Positions 9,300 to 19,525 of a stretch of DNA of 64,000 nucleotides are shown here, in pieces. The stretch spans positions 448,001 through 512,000 of the forward strand of contig CBDFLE010000005.1 of the NCBI GenBank assembly GCA_965248925.1, written 5' to 3'. The notes under the pieces were generated by a model. The model saw nothing but the letters and a program-made list of their open reading frames with translations, was not told where the DNA came from and searched no databases. Source of the DNA: Candidatus Multivoradales bacterium. Its GTDB lineage: Bacteria > Acidobacteriota > Thermoanaerobaculia > Multivoradales > J023. Positions within the stretch are counted from its first letter, which is position 1. Each line of letters opens with the position of its first letter. The position numbers and the translations under genes were made by a program.

Positions 9300-10835
9300 T
9301 ACTTTAAGATCCTCCTCCATGTCGCCGACCGAGTATCTTCGACCGCCTGCGGCTGACGCATGGTCGTGCGCTCTAATCATGGTGGAGCAGCGCCTCCAAC
9401 CCTCATGTGCGGTTTCCCCCAGCTGCTGCGTGTAGGTGACTTTGGGAAGCGCTCCCACCATCACGTTCCGCTCAAGTCGCCGAACGACACTGGCAAAAAG
9501 ACGCTCCTCGATAAATCGTTCCCATGTACTGCGCAAGCGTTCGTAGAAGTCTCGTCCTTTACTACGAAGGGCATCAACGTCCCCATTCTTTGACGCCTTT
9601 CCTGCGGCGTCAAGGATAATCTTGAGGAGATTTATCCGTTTATTCACGTTGCTGGCACCGAAGGGTACTTCAGCCTCTACAAAACCGACTGCATCATCGG
9701 TCGCTATCAGTGTTCGAAACTGACAATCAACGGTCTGAATTTTCTTGGCCTGCTCTCGTAGGTCGGCTAAGAACGCCAAGTCGTGAGTGAAGACGATGAC
9801 TTGGCGTTCTTTTGAAGCTCTAACAAGCCTGCGGGCGACGTGCTCGCGGACGCTGTGGTCAAGTGACGAGACAGGGTCATCGAAGATCAGTCCGGACGGA
9901 TCTTCACCCAACTGAAGCTCGGCAAGAAAGCAGGCCAGAGCTATAACCGTCCGTTCGCCTTCACTGAAAACTCTAGCCGCCTGGATATGTTTTAGTTTGG
10001 CGCTTACCAAAGGAGTAATCTCTACTCTTCCTTTTCTTGTTTTCTGGCCAAGCACCGGTGTTTGGCGGCGGAAGTGAAGAGATCGATACTCATTTTCGAG
10101 AGACGCTTCAAAACGACTCGTTATGTGCTTCCTGTGGAGCTTTGTTACCTTGCTCGAAGCAGCATGCGTATTGATGTTTTCGTATATATCCTTGAGGCGC
10201 TGTTGCTCTTTAGTCAGCTTGACGAAGTTCTCTGCAGCCTCGAGAGACTCTGATAGTTTTCTTCGAGTCATAAGATCAAGGTGCCTCATCTCAAGTTCTT
10301 TAAGTCGCAGCGCGGCTTCGGTGTCGCTATCCGGTAGAGCTTGTAGTTCCTTCTTTGTCGATCGATACTTGACACGAAGCATTTCCAAGGGAGTGCCGTC
10401 GATCTCGGGTAAGGGGCCAATCTTTGCCCCCTCCTGCTGGATAGAAAGGATCGCGTCCCTGCGAGCCGCAAGGGCTTTCATCAACTGGCGTATGTATTGT
10501 GGGAGGTGCTCGTCGGAGGAAACTATGGCTCTGTCTCCATCTGTGATCGAATCTGGAATATCATGAAGGCTATCGGCCAGTGACTTCAGCTGTTGGGCTG
10601 CTTTCTGTTGTGCCTCTGCGGCGGTCCCTTCCAGGTGCTGTTGGAACTTCGTTAGACGAGTAGCTGCTGCGTTGTCGAGGTCTTGCCAGCACAGAACGCA
10701 ACGCCCGTTTACGGACAAGGGCGTGCTGGACTCTGCTGTGTAGTCGAGAGAAACTACGAATTTACCCGCTGCTTCCAATAAGTCGAGCCAGACTCTGCCA
10801 CCAATCAAATCGGTTTGTATGGTTGAATCTCCGAT
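9273..10835 (-). pseudogene. 3' part of a Rad50/RloC-like ABC ATPase interrupted by IS4
   Basis: Zinc hook CVLC, signature FSEGE, Walker B LIFDDPVSSLD, H-loop VFTHD; in frame with the 5' part once the IS is removed. Confidence 0.85.
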
Positions 10836-12108
10836 CACTGCTGTCCCGTTAACTTCCGACCATTACCAGTTGTCTTTCGTCTAGTCCTGGGATCGGCGGC
10901 GGCTCTCGTTTCAAGAGGGCCATGAGGTCGCGGCGCTCAAAGAGGTTCAATTGAAGGAGGCGCAAGGCCTCCCGTAAACTACTGGAAAGACGGTGCTTGT
11001 GCTTGATGAAAGCGAGCAATAGGTAGACGCACATGGCGATCCAAAGCTGAGTCAGCACGGCGTTGCGGCTGGTGCCGACGAAAGTCTTGATCTTCAGATT
11101 CTGCTTGATCCACTTGAAGAAGAGTTCAATTTGCCAACGTTCGTGGTAGATATCGGCAATGGTCTGAGGTGACAGGCGGAACAGGTTCGTCAAGAAATAG
11201 TAGATCTTGCCGGTCTCAGGGTCGCGATAGCCTACTCTCCGCAGAGGCATCGGGCAGTCACGACACGCCTTCACACCGGTCCATTCGATCGTTTGGTCGC
11301 TCATCAAACCCTTGGAACGATTGACTCTTCGACGTTCGGTCACGCGGTACTTGGCCCCGCGCTTCAGACGGGTCACAAAGAAAAGACCCTTCTCGCTCAG
11401 CTGACGAAACCAGCTGTAGCTGTTGTAACCACGATCACAAGCTACGATGCTTCCTCGTGGCAGCGTCAGGCTCTTGCAGCCCGCGATGTCACCTGTTTTT
11501 CCATCCGAGATCGCAACGAAGGCAGGCAAGTAGCCACCGTGATCCAACCCCACATGCAGCTTGATCGCTCCCTTGGTCGTACGAAACTTCGCCCACGGGA
11601 ATATCGACAGACAAAGGTCTATCACCGAGGCGTCAAGCGAGAACAAGCGGTTCTTGAACCGGAACGTATGCTTGGGCGCCACTGCTTGAGCACGGCCCAG
11701 AAGTCTCCCAAATAGCTCTTCAAAAAGGAGATAGGGCTTCTCTTCGTTGATCCGTGCCAAGTTGGATCGCGACAGGACTCGGCAGCCGAGATGGTAGAGC
11801 TTGTGCCGCTGCGCTCGTAGATTGTCAACGATGTCGCGCAAGCTAGAACGCCCGGACAGCTGGGCCATCATCAGAGCCACCAGCTGCGACCAGCGGCTCG
11901 CAGTGCGGAACTGGCGACCGGCGTGGTGGCGTTTTGCGAGGGCCTCGAATTCATGTCTCGAAATCAGTTGCAGTAGCTGGGCGAAGACGGTGCTATGATG
12001 TGCCAAGGCTCAGATCTCCCTTTGATTCAGCCGTTTAGCGATGACTGATTCTATCAAGACCAGGGAGGTTTGAGCCTATTTTTCTGCGAAGTTAACGGGA
12101 CAGCAGTG
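10836..12108 (-). mobile_element. complete IS4-family insertion sequence (1273 bp)
   Basis: Perfect 21-bp terminal IRs CACTGCTGTCCCGTTAACTTC (10836-10856 / 12088-12108); 9-bp TSD ATCTCCGAT (10827-10835 / 12109-12117). Confidence 0.95.
10849..12006 (-). CDS. IS4 family transposase (DUF4372 + DDE)
   Basis: SLDASVI, KLHVGLD, DRGY, Y-x2-R-W-x-IELFFKWIKQ (YREK-type motif). Confidence 0.95.
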   Translation of the reverse strand: MAHHSTVFAQLLQLISRHEFEALAKRHHAGRQFRTASRWSQLVALMMAQLSGRSSLRDIVDNLRAQRHKLYHLGCRVLSRSNLARINEEKPYLLFEELFGRLLGRAQAVAPKHTFRFKNRLFSLDASVIDLCLSIFPWAKFRTTKGAIKLHVGLDHGGYLPAFVAISDGKTGDIAGCKSLTLPRGSIVACDRGYNSYSWFRQLSEKGLFFVTRLKRGAKYRVTERRRVNRSKGLMSDQTIEWTGVKACRDCPMPLRRVGYRDPETGKIYYFLTNLFRLSPQTIADIYHERWQIELFFKWIKQNLKIKTFVGTSRNAVLTQLWIAMCVYLLLAFIKHKHRLSSSLREALRLLQLNLFERRDLMALLKREPPPIPGLDERQLVMVGS

Positions 12109-13065
12109 ATCTCCGATAGTCTCTACTGCCCGCAAGGCCGCGTCTGCCATGGCGAGTGCTGAAGTAGCTGATAGCATGGCTTCATGCTGTGATTGTCCGA
12201 CTGTTGTCTCCCACTTAGCAATCCGCTTGGCGAGTGACTCTAGAGCGTTCATCTGTGCTTGTAGCTGTTCTCGTCGTAGAGACCGCGTGTGAAGTCTTGC
12301 TTTTGCGATAGATTTATCTAAGGTTTCAATCTCACGAGAGTCGTCCGAGTTCCACTGGGCAATCTCAGCCAAAGAGGAGAGTGTGGTTTCCGGCGATAGG
12401 TCGCGGACGAACCTGCCTGTAACTGTGTCGTTCTCCAGATTCTGTAGTGAATCCTTCTTAGGAGATGCAGCGCGGACAGCATCTGCGATGCTGTGTTTCA
12501 CGCGGTCAAGATCTTTTACGAAATTGGGAACCACGTCGAGACCGGCAGGCCCCTCGCCTAGACCGCCGCCGTGAAGGTATGAACGTGCGCATGCGCTGTC
12601 TAGGACTGCGAATTTGCCGACGGCAGATATCGGCGTCCCATCCTTCCATTCCACTGATTGTATACTTCCATCAGGCTCTTCGACGACAAATACAGCTTGT
12701 GCCGGAACTGACTGGCGGTTCTCCGCTCGGACATTTCCGAGAATATCTTCAGTCACTCGTGCTCTGTAGGCTTTCTTCAGAACTCGTGCATAGCCGGACT
12801 TGCCTGATCCATTATCGCCGTAAACTACAGTCAACTGCGGGCCAAAGGTAAGCTGCTGATCTCCTCGGAGGGCGTTGACATTTCTGAGGCTGTTCAGCTC
12901 GAGAAGAAGCATGCGATCTTCCACAGCAGCAGTAGATGGGAAATCGTCAACAGTGAGTGTTTCGTACTGTGGGGAGACTTGCTCTAGCTTTGCTACCGCA
13001 GAAATTGCTAGTTCTTCGATATCCTCGGATGAGAGAGTCTCGGAACGCAGCAAGCGCCTCAGCAT
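12109..13065 (-). pseudogene. 5' part of the Rad50/RloC-like ABC ATPase
   Basis: Walker A YGDNGSGKSGY; the frame continues about 20 codons upstream of the ATG (EVYRDILYWGKKLPLWQQE). Confidence 0.85.
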
Positions 13066-13317
13066 TTCCTGCTGCCAGAGTGGCAGTTTCTTCCCCCAGT
13101 ACAGAATGTCACGATATACTTCGCGAGAGCAAATTTGGCTCCGGCTCTAATTGTTCTACTATTGCTCACGATTCGAATCTCCTAGACTCTTCAATGACGT
13201 TCTAGTTGCCGATTTCGTTGTGATGTTGCTCGCAGTTGGAACTAATTCAATTTGAACGATTGCGAAATCTGTTAGTTGCAGTCGCGGGATCGCTTAGAGT
13301 GGTTGATGCGGAGAATG

Positions 13318-14472
13318 CTAGCTACCCGTCCCCACTTGATGCAAATGCACATCCGCCTGCGGGAAGGGGATGGCGATGCCGTGGTCGTTGAAAGCCTTGT
13401 AGACTGCCAAGTTGAGTTCGTGCAGCAGGCGTCCGCGCAGCACCGGCTCTTCGATCCAGCAAAGCAGCTCGAAATCCAGGCAGGAGTCGCCGAAACCGCG
13501 CATGCGGACCCTCGGTGAGGGTTCGTTGAGCACCTCGGGGTGATCAATGGCGACTTGCTCTAGCACTCTACAGACTTGCTCAAGATCGGAGCCGTAGGCG
13601 CAGCCTATCTTGACCCGGATGCGCTCCCACTCCGAGTGGCCGCCAGATTCGTTGATGATCTTGGCGTTGGCCATCGCCGCGTTGGGTGAGGTGATCTCGA
13701 TGTCGTCGCGGGTCAAGATGCGGGTTGAGCGGATGCCGACATGGGTGACCATGCCCCGTTCGCCGGAAGGCAAGATGATGAAGTCGCCCAGCTTGTAGGG
13801 GGCGTCGGCGACGATGAAGAAACCACCGAAGAGATTGGCCAAGGTGTCTTTGGCGGCAAAACCGACCGCCAAGCCGAGCACGCCGGCTGAGGCTAGCAGG
13901 GCGGTTGGATCTTTACCCCAGATCTTGACGATGGAGTAGCTGGCGGTGGCCAGAACCAGCATCTTGCCGATGATGTCGAAGAGGGGGATGGTGCGTTCTT
14001 CGACCAGTGGGAAACGCTCGTGATTGCGGGCCAAAGCGGCAAGAACCAGGCGCAGCACGCGAAAACCGGCAACTAGCCAGGAGAGGGAGAGCAGGGTCCA
14101 AAGTACCGCGACTACACCGGTGGAAAAGCCGTCGGGCATCTCGATGCTGCGGGTCGCCAAGGTCAAGCCGTAGTAGAAGACGGTCTGAAAAACCGGCCGC
14201 TTGATGATCTCTAACACCCGATCGTCGAGGTCGGTCTCGGTACGCTCGGTGAGCTTGGTCAGCAGTCGATCGCAGATGATTTGCACCACCTTGGCGGCGA
14301 TGAAGAAGGCGACGACGATCAAAACCGGCTCCAGCCAGGGGATCTCCTGGATCTTCAGCCAAATCTCCGCCAGCGACTCGGGAAACCACTCCGGTAGCTC
14401 GGGGGGAACAGTCTCTAGCGCGTTCTCGGCCTGATCGGTAGTCTGTTCAGCGGTGGCTGTCGGCTCTTGCAT
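13318..14472 (-). CDS. small-conductance mechanosensitive channel (MscS family)
   Basis: LLASAGVLGLAVGFAAKDTLANLFGG, PYKLGD, IGCAYGSD, IAIPFPQ. Confidence 0.93.
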   Translation of the reverse strand: MQEPTATAEQTTDQAENALETVPPELPEWFPESLAEIWLKIQEIPWLEPVLIVVAFFIAAKVVQIICDRLLTKLTERTETDLDDRVLEIIKRPVFQTVFYYGLTLATRSIEMPDGFSTGVVAVLWTLLSLSWLVAGFRVLRLVLAALARNHERFPLVEERTIPLFDIIGKMLVLATASYSIVKIWGKDPTALLASAGVLGLAVGFAAKDTLANLFGGFFIVADAPYKLGDFIILPSGERGMVTHVGIRSTRILTRDDIEITSPNAAMANAKIINESGGHSEWERIRVKIGCAYGSDLEQVCRVLEQVAIDHPEVLNEPSPRVRMRGFGDSCLDFELLCWIEEPVLRGRLLHELNLAVYKAFNDHGIAIPFPQADVHLHQVGTGS

Positions 14473-14543
14473 GGTTTGGCGGTTCTCCTGACCCGCGGCG
14501 CGCGAGCCGTAGCAATTCGGAATCTGACCTGGGAAAGGTGATT

Positions 14544-16364
14544 CTACCCCTCGGCGACGGTGGATGGGGAGGGAATGAGTCGCGGTGCCGGCCGGTCGCC
14601 GGTGATTCCCCAGACCAACCTATCAATGCCGAAATCGTCAATGCCGCCACGCAGGTCGACCCAAGTGAATTGAGTCAGGAAGAGGGGCAGCTGGGGATCT
14701 CGGGCGGCGCCTGGGAGCAGCACAGGGATCACTGGCAGGCCGCGCCGAACGACTTCTGACAGCGAAGCGCGCATTTCTGGAATCTCCCACGGACCGAGAC
14801 CGTCTGGGCCGACGATCACCGCTGAACTACGCACGGTCTGGATGATCTCCTCGAGAGCCTCCTGCCATGGCTGGCCAGGCTCTAGCTCCCAGATGTCGAG
14901 CCAGGGGCGTAGCTGACGCTCCTTGAGCGCTTCGGCGAGAATGATGACCTGTGCCTTGTCGCGACTCGAATGGCTGAGGAAGCTATCGAAAGCGTCTGCC
15001 GCCATAGGTTCGGTGGAGAAACCACCCGTGCCCGGACGATGTTCCAACGCCGAGCCCACTCCCCGCTGGGGCAATGGCCGATGCGGCCTGCGGCGGCGAC
15101 GCTCGAGTACCAGCAACGAGGCGGTCATCAACACAATCGCCGCCAGCGGATAGGCCAAGTCCACCCAGATTCGCCCCCAGCGCATGGCCAAGATCGCCGC
15201 CGCCGTGGCTGCTGCTGCCAACTGCGTCGCTCGCACCAGCAAACGGCGCGGCCCAGCGCCGCGAGCATAGTGCAAAGCCAAGAGGTAGCAGAGCAGGAAG
15301 AGCAAGGGGAAGCACCAGCTCTTGGGTAGGTAGCGGAAAGTGTTGCCAGTGCGTAGGGTTTGCGCCGCCCAAGCGTGAACTTCGACCCCCTGGGCCGGGC
15401 CCCAGGGAGTGTCTACCCGATCGTCGGGAGAATCGGTGCCGAGCAACACAAAGCGACCACGCAGGCGGCTCCAATCGAGCTGCTGGAGGCTGAGCACCGG
15501 CACGCCACCGCTGGGTCGATGGAAGCGTAGCAGCGGTCCTGGCGGGCTGGGCGGTGGTGGACCGCCATTCAGCATCGTTGCCAGGCGGTTGCTCAGCGAA
15601 ACCCCATCGTCGAGCCGCTGCGTTACCATGCGTACCTTCAGGTCAGCTTCGCGATAGCCGCTGAGGTCGCCGAGACGGGATTCCAAGAGCAGCGGCCGCA
15701 AGCTCTTGTGCGGCTGTTGGCGTACCCAGCGGTCCTCTTGCCGCATCCGTCGGTAGCCGAAGATCACCGGCATGTCGGCCTTTTCGGCCTCTTGTAACAC
15801 ATGCCGCAGCAGTGCGTCCGATAGGGTCTTTCGTTCGAGGTAGTAGTCCAGAGCCAGGCCGCGAACACCGTGGTCGACCGCTTGCTGGATGATCTGCGCC
15901 AGGGTGCGTCGGAACTCGGCGAGGTTCTGGTCGCGCTTGAAGGGGAGGGTCAGCACCACCAGATCATCGAGCGGAGGCATCTTTGGCGCCACCCGATAGT
16001 GCCAATCACCGAGGAAGTTCAATCCCAGATGTCGTCTTGGCTCTTGCTCACCGAAAGTGCCTTGCAACTCGCGTTTGCCGGTCAAGAGGTCGCCGCTGGT
16101 GGCCACCGCCAGCAGCAGACAGAAGGTGAGGAAGAAGACCAAGAAGCCGTTGCCCAAGGCGCGGGGGCTGTCGCGTCGTGCCCAGTACCAGAGTACCGCC
16201 GAGCCTAGCGCTAGAGGCGACAGCAGGAGCAGTGCTTGGCCGGGTTGCTGCCACAGCGGGGCGACGCGGCGTTGTAACAAGACATCTACCGCCAGCGCGG
16301 GCAGCGCCAGCAAGAGCAGGCGAACCAGGTCGAGGCGCAGCCAAGCGAGTAGTGAACGTTGCAA
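14544..16364 (-). CDS. membrane receptor: TM helices - CHASE2 - TM helices - TIR domain
   Basis: CHASE2 motifs RRTLAQII..GVRGLALDYY and RGRFVLLG..DTPWG..GVEVHA; C-terminal TIR FDSFLSHSSRDK..PWLD..W..GPWEIPEM..VIPVLLPG..WVDLR; TTG start at 16364 directly after the upstream stop. Confidence 0.85.
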   Translation of the reverse strand: MQRSLLAWLRLDLVRLLLLALPALAVDVLLQRRVAPLWQQPGQALLLLSPLALGSAVLWYWARRDSPRALGNGFLVFFLTFCLLLAVATSGDLLTGKRELQGTFGEQEPRRHLGLNFLGDWHYRVAPKMPPLDDLVVLTLPFKRDQNLAEFRRTLAQIIQQAVDHGVRGLALDYYLERKTLSDALLRHVLQEAEKADMPVIFGYRRMRQEDRWVRQQPHKSLRPLLLESRLGDLSGYREADLKVRMVTQRLDDGVSLSNRLATMLNGGPPPPSPPGPLLRFHRPSGGVPVLSLQQLDWSRLRGRFVLLGTDSPDDRVDTPWGPAQGVEVHAWAAQTLRTGNTFRYLPKSWCFPLLFLLCYLLALHYARGAGPRRLLVRATQLAAAATAAAILAMRWGRIWVDLAYPLAAIVLMTASLLVLERRRRRPHRPLPQRGVGSALEHRPGTGGFSTEPMAADAFDSFLSHSSRDKAQVIILAEALKERQLRPWLDIWELEPGQPWQEALEEIIQTVRSSAVIVGPDGLGPWEIPEMRASLSEVVRRGLPVIPVLLPGAARDPQLPLFLTQFTWVDLRGGIDDFGIDRLVWGITGDRPAPRLIPSPSTVAEG

Positions 16365-16365
16365 T

Positions 16366-17616
16366 TCAGCGCGGCAGCTGCAAGTCGTGCAGGATTCGAC
16401 AGATGCGGAGTTCGGCGGCAGGTATCTTCTGCCCCCTCTTGACCAAGCGCAGGGCGCGGCTGGCATACGTCCCGGCGCGGCTATCGGTCCAGCCATCGAC
16501 GCCGCCGTAGGCTTGGGCCAGTCCGCAGTAGACCCGCGCCGTGGGCTCGCGCTTGGCTAGCTTGGTGAGCGCGGTCAAGGCAGCAGAGTAGTTCTGCTGA
16601 TCGAGCAAGGCCCAGGGGTTTGAGGCCAGCGGCTGAGCGAGTACGGCGGTTGGTAGCCGGTAGATCTGCGACTGGAACTGAGCCTTGGGTTGGTAAAGCT
16701 TTTCTTTCTGCGGTTCAGGGATAGCGGCCGGATCGATGCGGTAGCTTCGCAGCTTCACCTCGTCGTCGATCTCTGCTCTCTTCAGATTGTAGATCGCTGC
16801 CTTGCCGATCTTGAGATCGAGCTGAGTTTTGGCCAACTCCGCGCGCCCGGACGGATCGTCGGGCTTGCTGAGCACATTGGCGTGCAGAGCCTTGAGTTGT
16901 TCGATTTTCTGTTGGATGTCTCCCCTTGCAGTTGTGCCTGGGCTGCCTGGGATTTCCTCAGCGAAGTAACTCTTGGCCAGGTCGAGGCGGGCGTAGACTT
17001 TGGCGGCTCGCTGCGAGTGGGTTTTGTTTAGTTTGCCTCGGCTGGACTCCTTGCCATCCCAGCCCCAAGTTTCGCCAGTCTCTATCTGCCGTATCTCAGC
17101 GCTGATGCGTTGATTGTCTCGGTCACGACCCCGAACCCACAACTTGCCGTCGAAGACCGTCACGTTCTCCTGCACTCCACCCTGGGGATCCCGCTCTAGC
17201 CGGACAGCGTATTGGGTGCCTTCAGAGCCCAGCACCATACCGCCGGCGCGGACCTCGGTGGGGGCATCAGTGAGCACATCGAGCTGGCCACCGAGCAAGT
17301 TGACCGCGCAATCGGTCTCGCCGGGCGGGTTGATCAGCACCCGGAAGCGACCGGAAAAACGGAGCAGCGAAGTCTCGCCGCAGGATAGCTCGATGGCGGT
17401 TTCGCTGCTAATACTGCTCAGCAGATCGCCGATCTCCAGCTTGTCACCGAGGGACAACAGCTCAACCTCCGCGAAATCAGCAAACCGTTCAAGGCGTAGG
17501 TCGCTACTCCCTTCCAGCGGGGTGTCGCCGGCAGCCAGTGAGGTGATTTCGGCCTGCGGCCAGGCGGCGGTGGCAAGTAGCAAGCAAAGGGCGGAAAGTG
17601 AAAAATGACGAAGCAC
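16366..17616 (-). CDS. secreted FecR-like domain protein with TPR-like C-terminus
   Basis: GGAGG RBS + GTG 17616; signal peptide; LLGGQLDV..GSEGTQYAV..VTVFDGKLWV FecR-like pattern; helical TPR-like tail; TATACT -10 box at 17658-17663. Confidence 0.65.
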   Translation of the reverse strand: MLRHFSLSALCLLLATAAWPQAEITSLAAGDTPLEGSSDLRLERFADFAEVELLSLGDKLEIGDLLSSISSETAIELSCGETSLLRFSGRFRVLINPPGETDCAVNLLGGQLDVLTDAPTEVRAGGMVLGSEGTQYAVRLERDPQGGVQENVTVFDGKLWVRGRDRDNQRISAEIRQIETGETWGWDGKESSRGKLNKTHSQRAAKVYARLDLAKSYFAEEIPGSPGTTARGDIQQKIEQLKALHANVLSKPDDPSGRAELAKTQLDLKIGKAAIYNLKRAEIDDEVKLRSYRIDPAAIPEPQKEKLYQPKAQFQSQIYRLPTAVLAQPLASNPWALLDQQNYSAALTALTKLAKREPTARVYCGLAQAYGGVDGWTDSRAGTYASRALRLVKRGQKIPAAELRICRILHDLQLPR

Positions 17617-17677
17617 GATAAAGACCTCCAGGGTTGAGAGGTGGATGTCCACCGAAGAGTATACGTCTACCGGGCTG

Positions 17678-19378
17678 CTAGGGCGCCGCCTGGCGCTGGT
17701 TTCGCCACAGTGCCCACAGCGCCGCCGCCGCCGCCGCGAGTAGGATCAGCGCGGTGAACGGGCTACCAAGAAGGGCCGCGCCGAGGGCGAAGTTGAGGCC
17801 AAACAGACCCAGCAAACTGAGTCCGAAACCGGTCAGGGGCCGGCGCCAACCGGCGCTATTTTGATGGCTGGCTGAAAGCTTCTGCCAACCGCCTCCTAGC
17901 GGGCGCACTCGGTGAGCAAACTTGCGCAACACCTGCTCGTCCACCGCCACCGTCAAGAAGGTCACCGGTAGCCACACTGCGGCCGAGAGGGCCACCGTGG
18001 TGAGCAGCTTCTGCGAGTACAGCCAAGGGGAGTGCTGCCATTGCAGCCAAGTCGCCACTACCCCCGAAGCCAGCATCGCCGAGAGTTCGGACCAAGCATT
18101 GATCCTCGGCCACAGCCAGCGCAGCACCCACACCGGTCCGGCGCCGCTAGCAAAGGTCAGCAGGAACTTCCACGCCGACGCTACCGAGCTCATATTCAGC
18201 GCCAGCACCACGCTGATACTGAGCAAGCCGGTCATCGCCAGTCGCGATACCCAGACGTAGTGACGCTCGGAGGCATCAGCGACCATGAAGCGCCGGTAGA
18301 TGTCGTTCACCATATAAGAGGCGCCGAGATTCAAGTGAGTGTCGATAGTTGACATGAAGGCACCGAGCAGGCCCGCCAGGACCAGCCCGAGGAGCCCCGC
18401 CGGCAACACCTGGGCCATGGTTTGGGCATAGGCGACTTCTGGGTCGTTGAGTTGTCCGAAGAGCAGCAGACTAGCCAGCGCGGTGAGGATCCACGGCCAA
18501 ACCTGCAAGGCGTAGTTGACGAAGGAGTAAAGCAGACTGGCGGCGAAAGCGTGATTCTCGTCCCGCGCCGCAAGCATTCGCTGAATGTGCTTGCCGCCAC
18601 CGTCGGCGTACTTGTGTGCCCACCACTGCACCAGCAGGTAAGTGAGAAAGACCGAGATCGGCCCAAGATTCTCGCCGCTGAAACGCGGAACAAAGCGCAG
18701 CATGTCGCTTTGGCCGGCATCGACCAGTCCCTCTTTCAGCGCGCTCAACCCACCCACTTCGCGCACTGCCAGCACTGCCAGCAGCAGCGATCCCGCCAGG
18801 GCAACGAAATACTGTACAAAATCGGTCACCACCACGCCATAAAAGCCCGCAGCCAGGGAGTAGGCCAACACCAGCCCGGTGGTGCCGGCCAGCAGCCAAG
18901 GCAGGGGCAGGTTGGTCAAGCCGCCGATCACCTTGATCACCGCCAGAAACACCCAGCCCATGATGAAGGCGTTGAACAGCACGCCGAAGTAGATCCCCTT
19001 GACCATCCGCAGCGCCGCCGCCGGTCGGCCACCGTAGCGCAGCTCGATGATCTCGGCGTCGGTCATCACCCCCGAGCGGCGCCACAGACGAGCGAAGAAG
19101 AAAGTCACGAACAGTCCCGAGATGGCGCTAGCCCAGAAGAACCAAACCCCGGAGACGCCGACAGTGGTGACAAATTGGGTGATTGCGATCGGGGTGTCGA
19201 TGGAGAAGTTGGTCGCCGCCATCGAGATGCCGAGTAACCACCAAGGCAGCTGGCGGCCGCCAACGAAGAAGTCCGATGTCGAGCGCCCGGCACGACGGCT
19301 GAGCAGCAGGCCGGCGAGGAACACCAGGACCAGGTACGAAGCCAGTACAGCCCAATCGAGTGGCGAGAGAGTGCGCAT
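17678..19378 (-). CDS. sodium:solute symporter family protein
   Basis: DFFVGGRQLPWW, AATNFSIDTP, IQRMLAARDE, AFMSTIDTHLN; true start at 19378 (the ORF-track extension overlaps the S8 gene). Confidence 0.92.
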   Translation of the reverse strand: MRTLSPLDWAVLASYLVLVFLAGLLLSRRAGRSTSDFFVGGRQLPWWLLGISMAATNFSIDTPIAITQFVTTVGVSGVWFFWASAISGLFVTFFFARLWRRSGVMTDAEIIELRYGGRPAAALRMVKGIYFGVLFNAFIMGWVFLAVIKVIGGLTNLPLPWLLAGTTGLVLAYSLAAGFYGVVVTDFVQYFVALAGSLLLAVLAVREVGGLSALKEGLVDAGQSDMLRFVPRFSGENLGPISVFLTYLLVQWWAHKYADGGGKHIQRMLAARDENHAFAASLLYSFVNYALQVWPWILTALASLLLFGQLNDPEVAYAQTMAQVLPAGLLGLVLAGLLGAFMSTIDTHLNLGASYMVNDIYRRFMVADASERHYVWVSRLAMTGLLSISVVLALNMSSVASAWKFLLTFASGAGPVWVLRWLWPRINAWSELSAMLASGVVATWLQWQHSPWLYSQKLLTTVALSAAVWLPVTFLTVAVDEQVLRKFAHRVRPLGGGWQKLSASHQNSAGWRRPLTGFGLSLLGLFGLNFALGAALLGSPFTALILLAAAAAALWALWRNQRQAAP

Positions 19379-19525
19379 GGGGTTTTTCTTAGGACCGGTC
19401 GAGGATACCGGAGATTCGCTGCCTCGGGTCGGTAGATGGGGGTGGGAAGAGCCAGCATTGCGCTGTAGGCTGTCAAGGGGGAATCCCATCTGGCCCAATC
19501 GGTACGCCGTGACAGAGGAGGCAGC

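Noticed and set aside
16365-16496. Cys-rich N-terminus of the CHASE2-TIR ORF
   Set aside because: It overlaps the FecR gene in another frame; TTG 16364 is the better start
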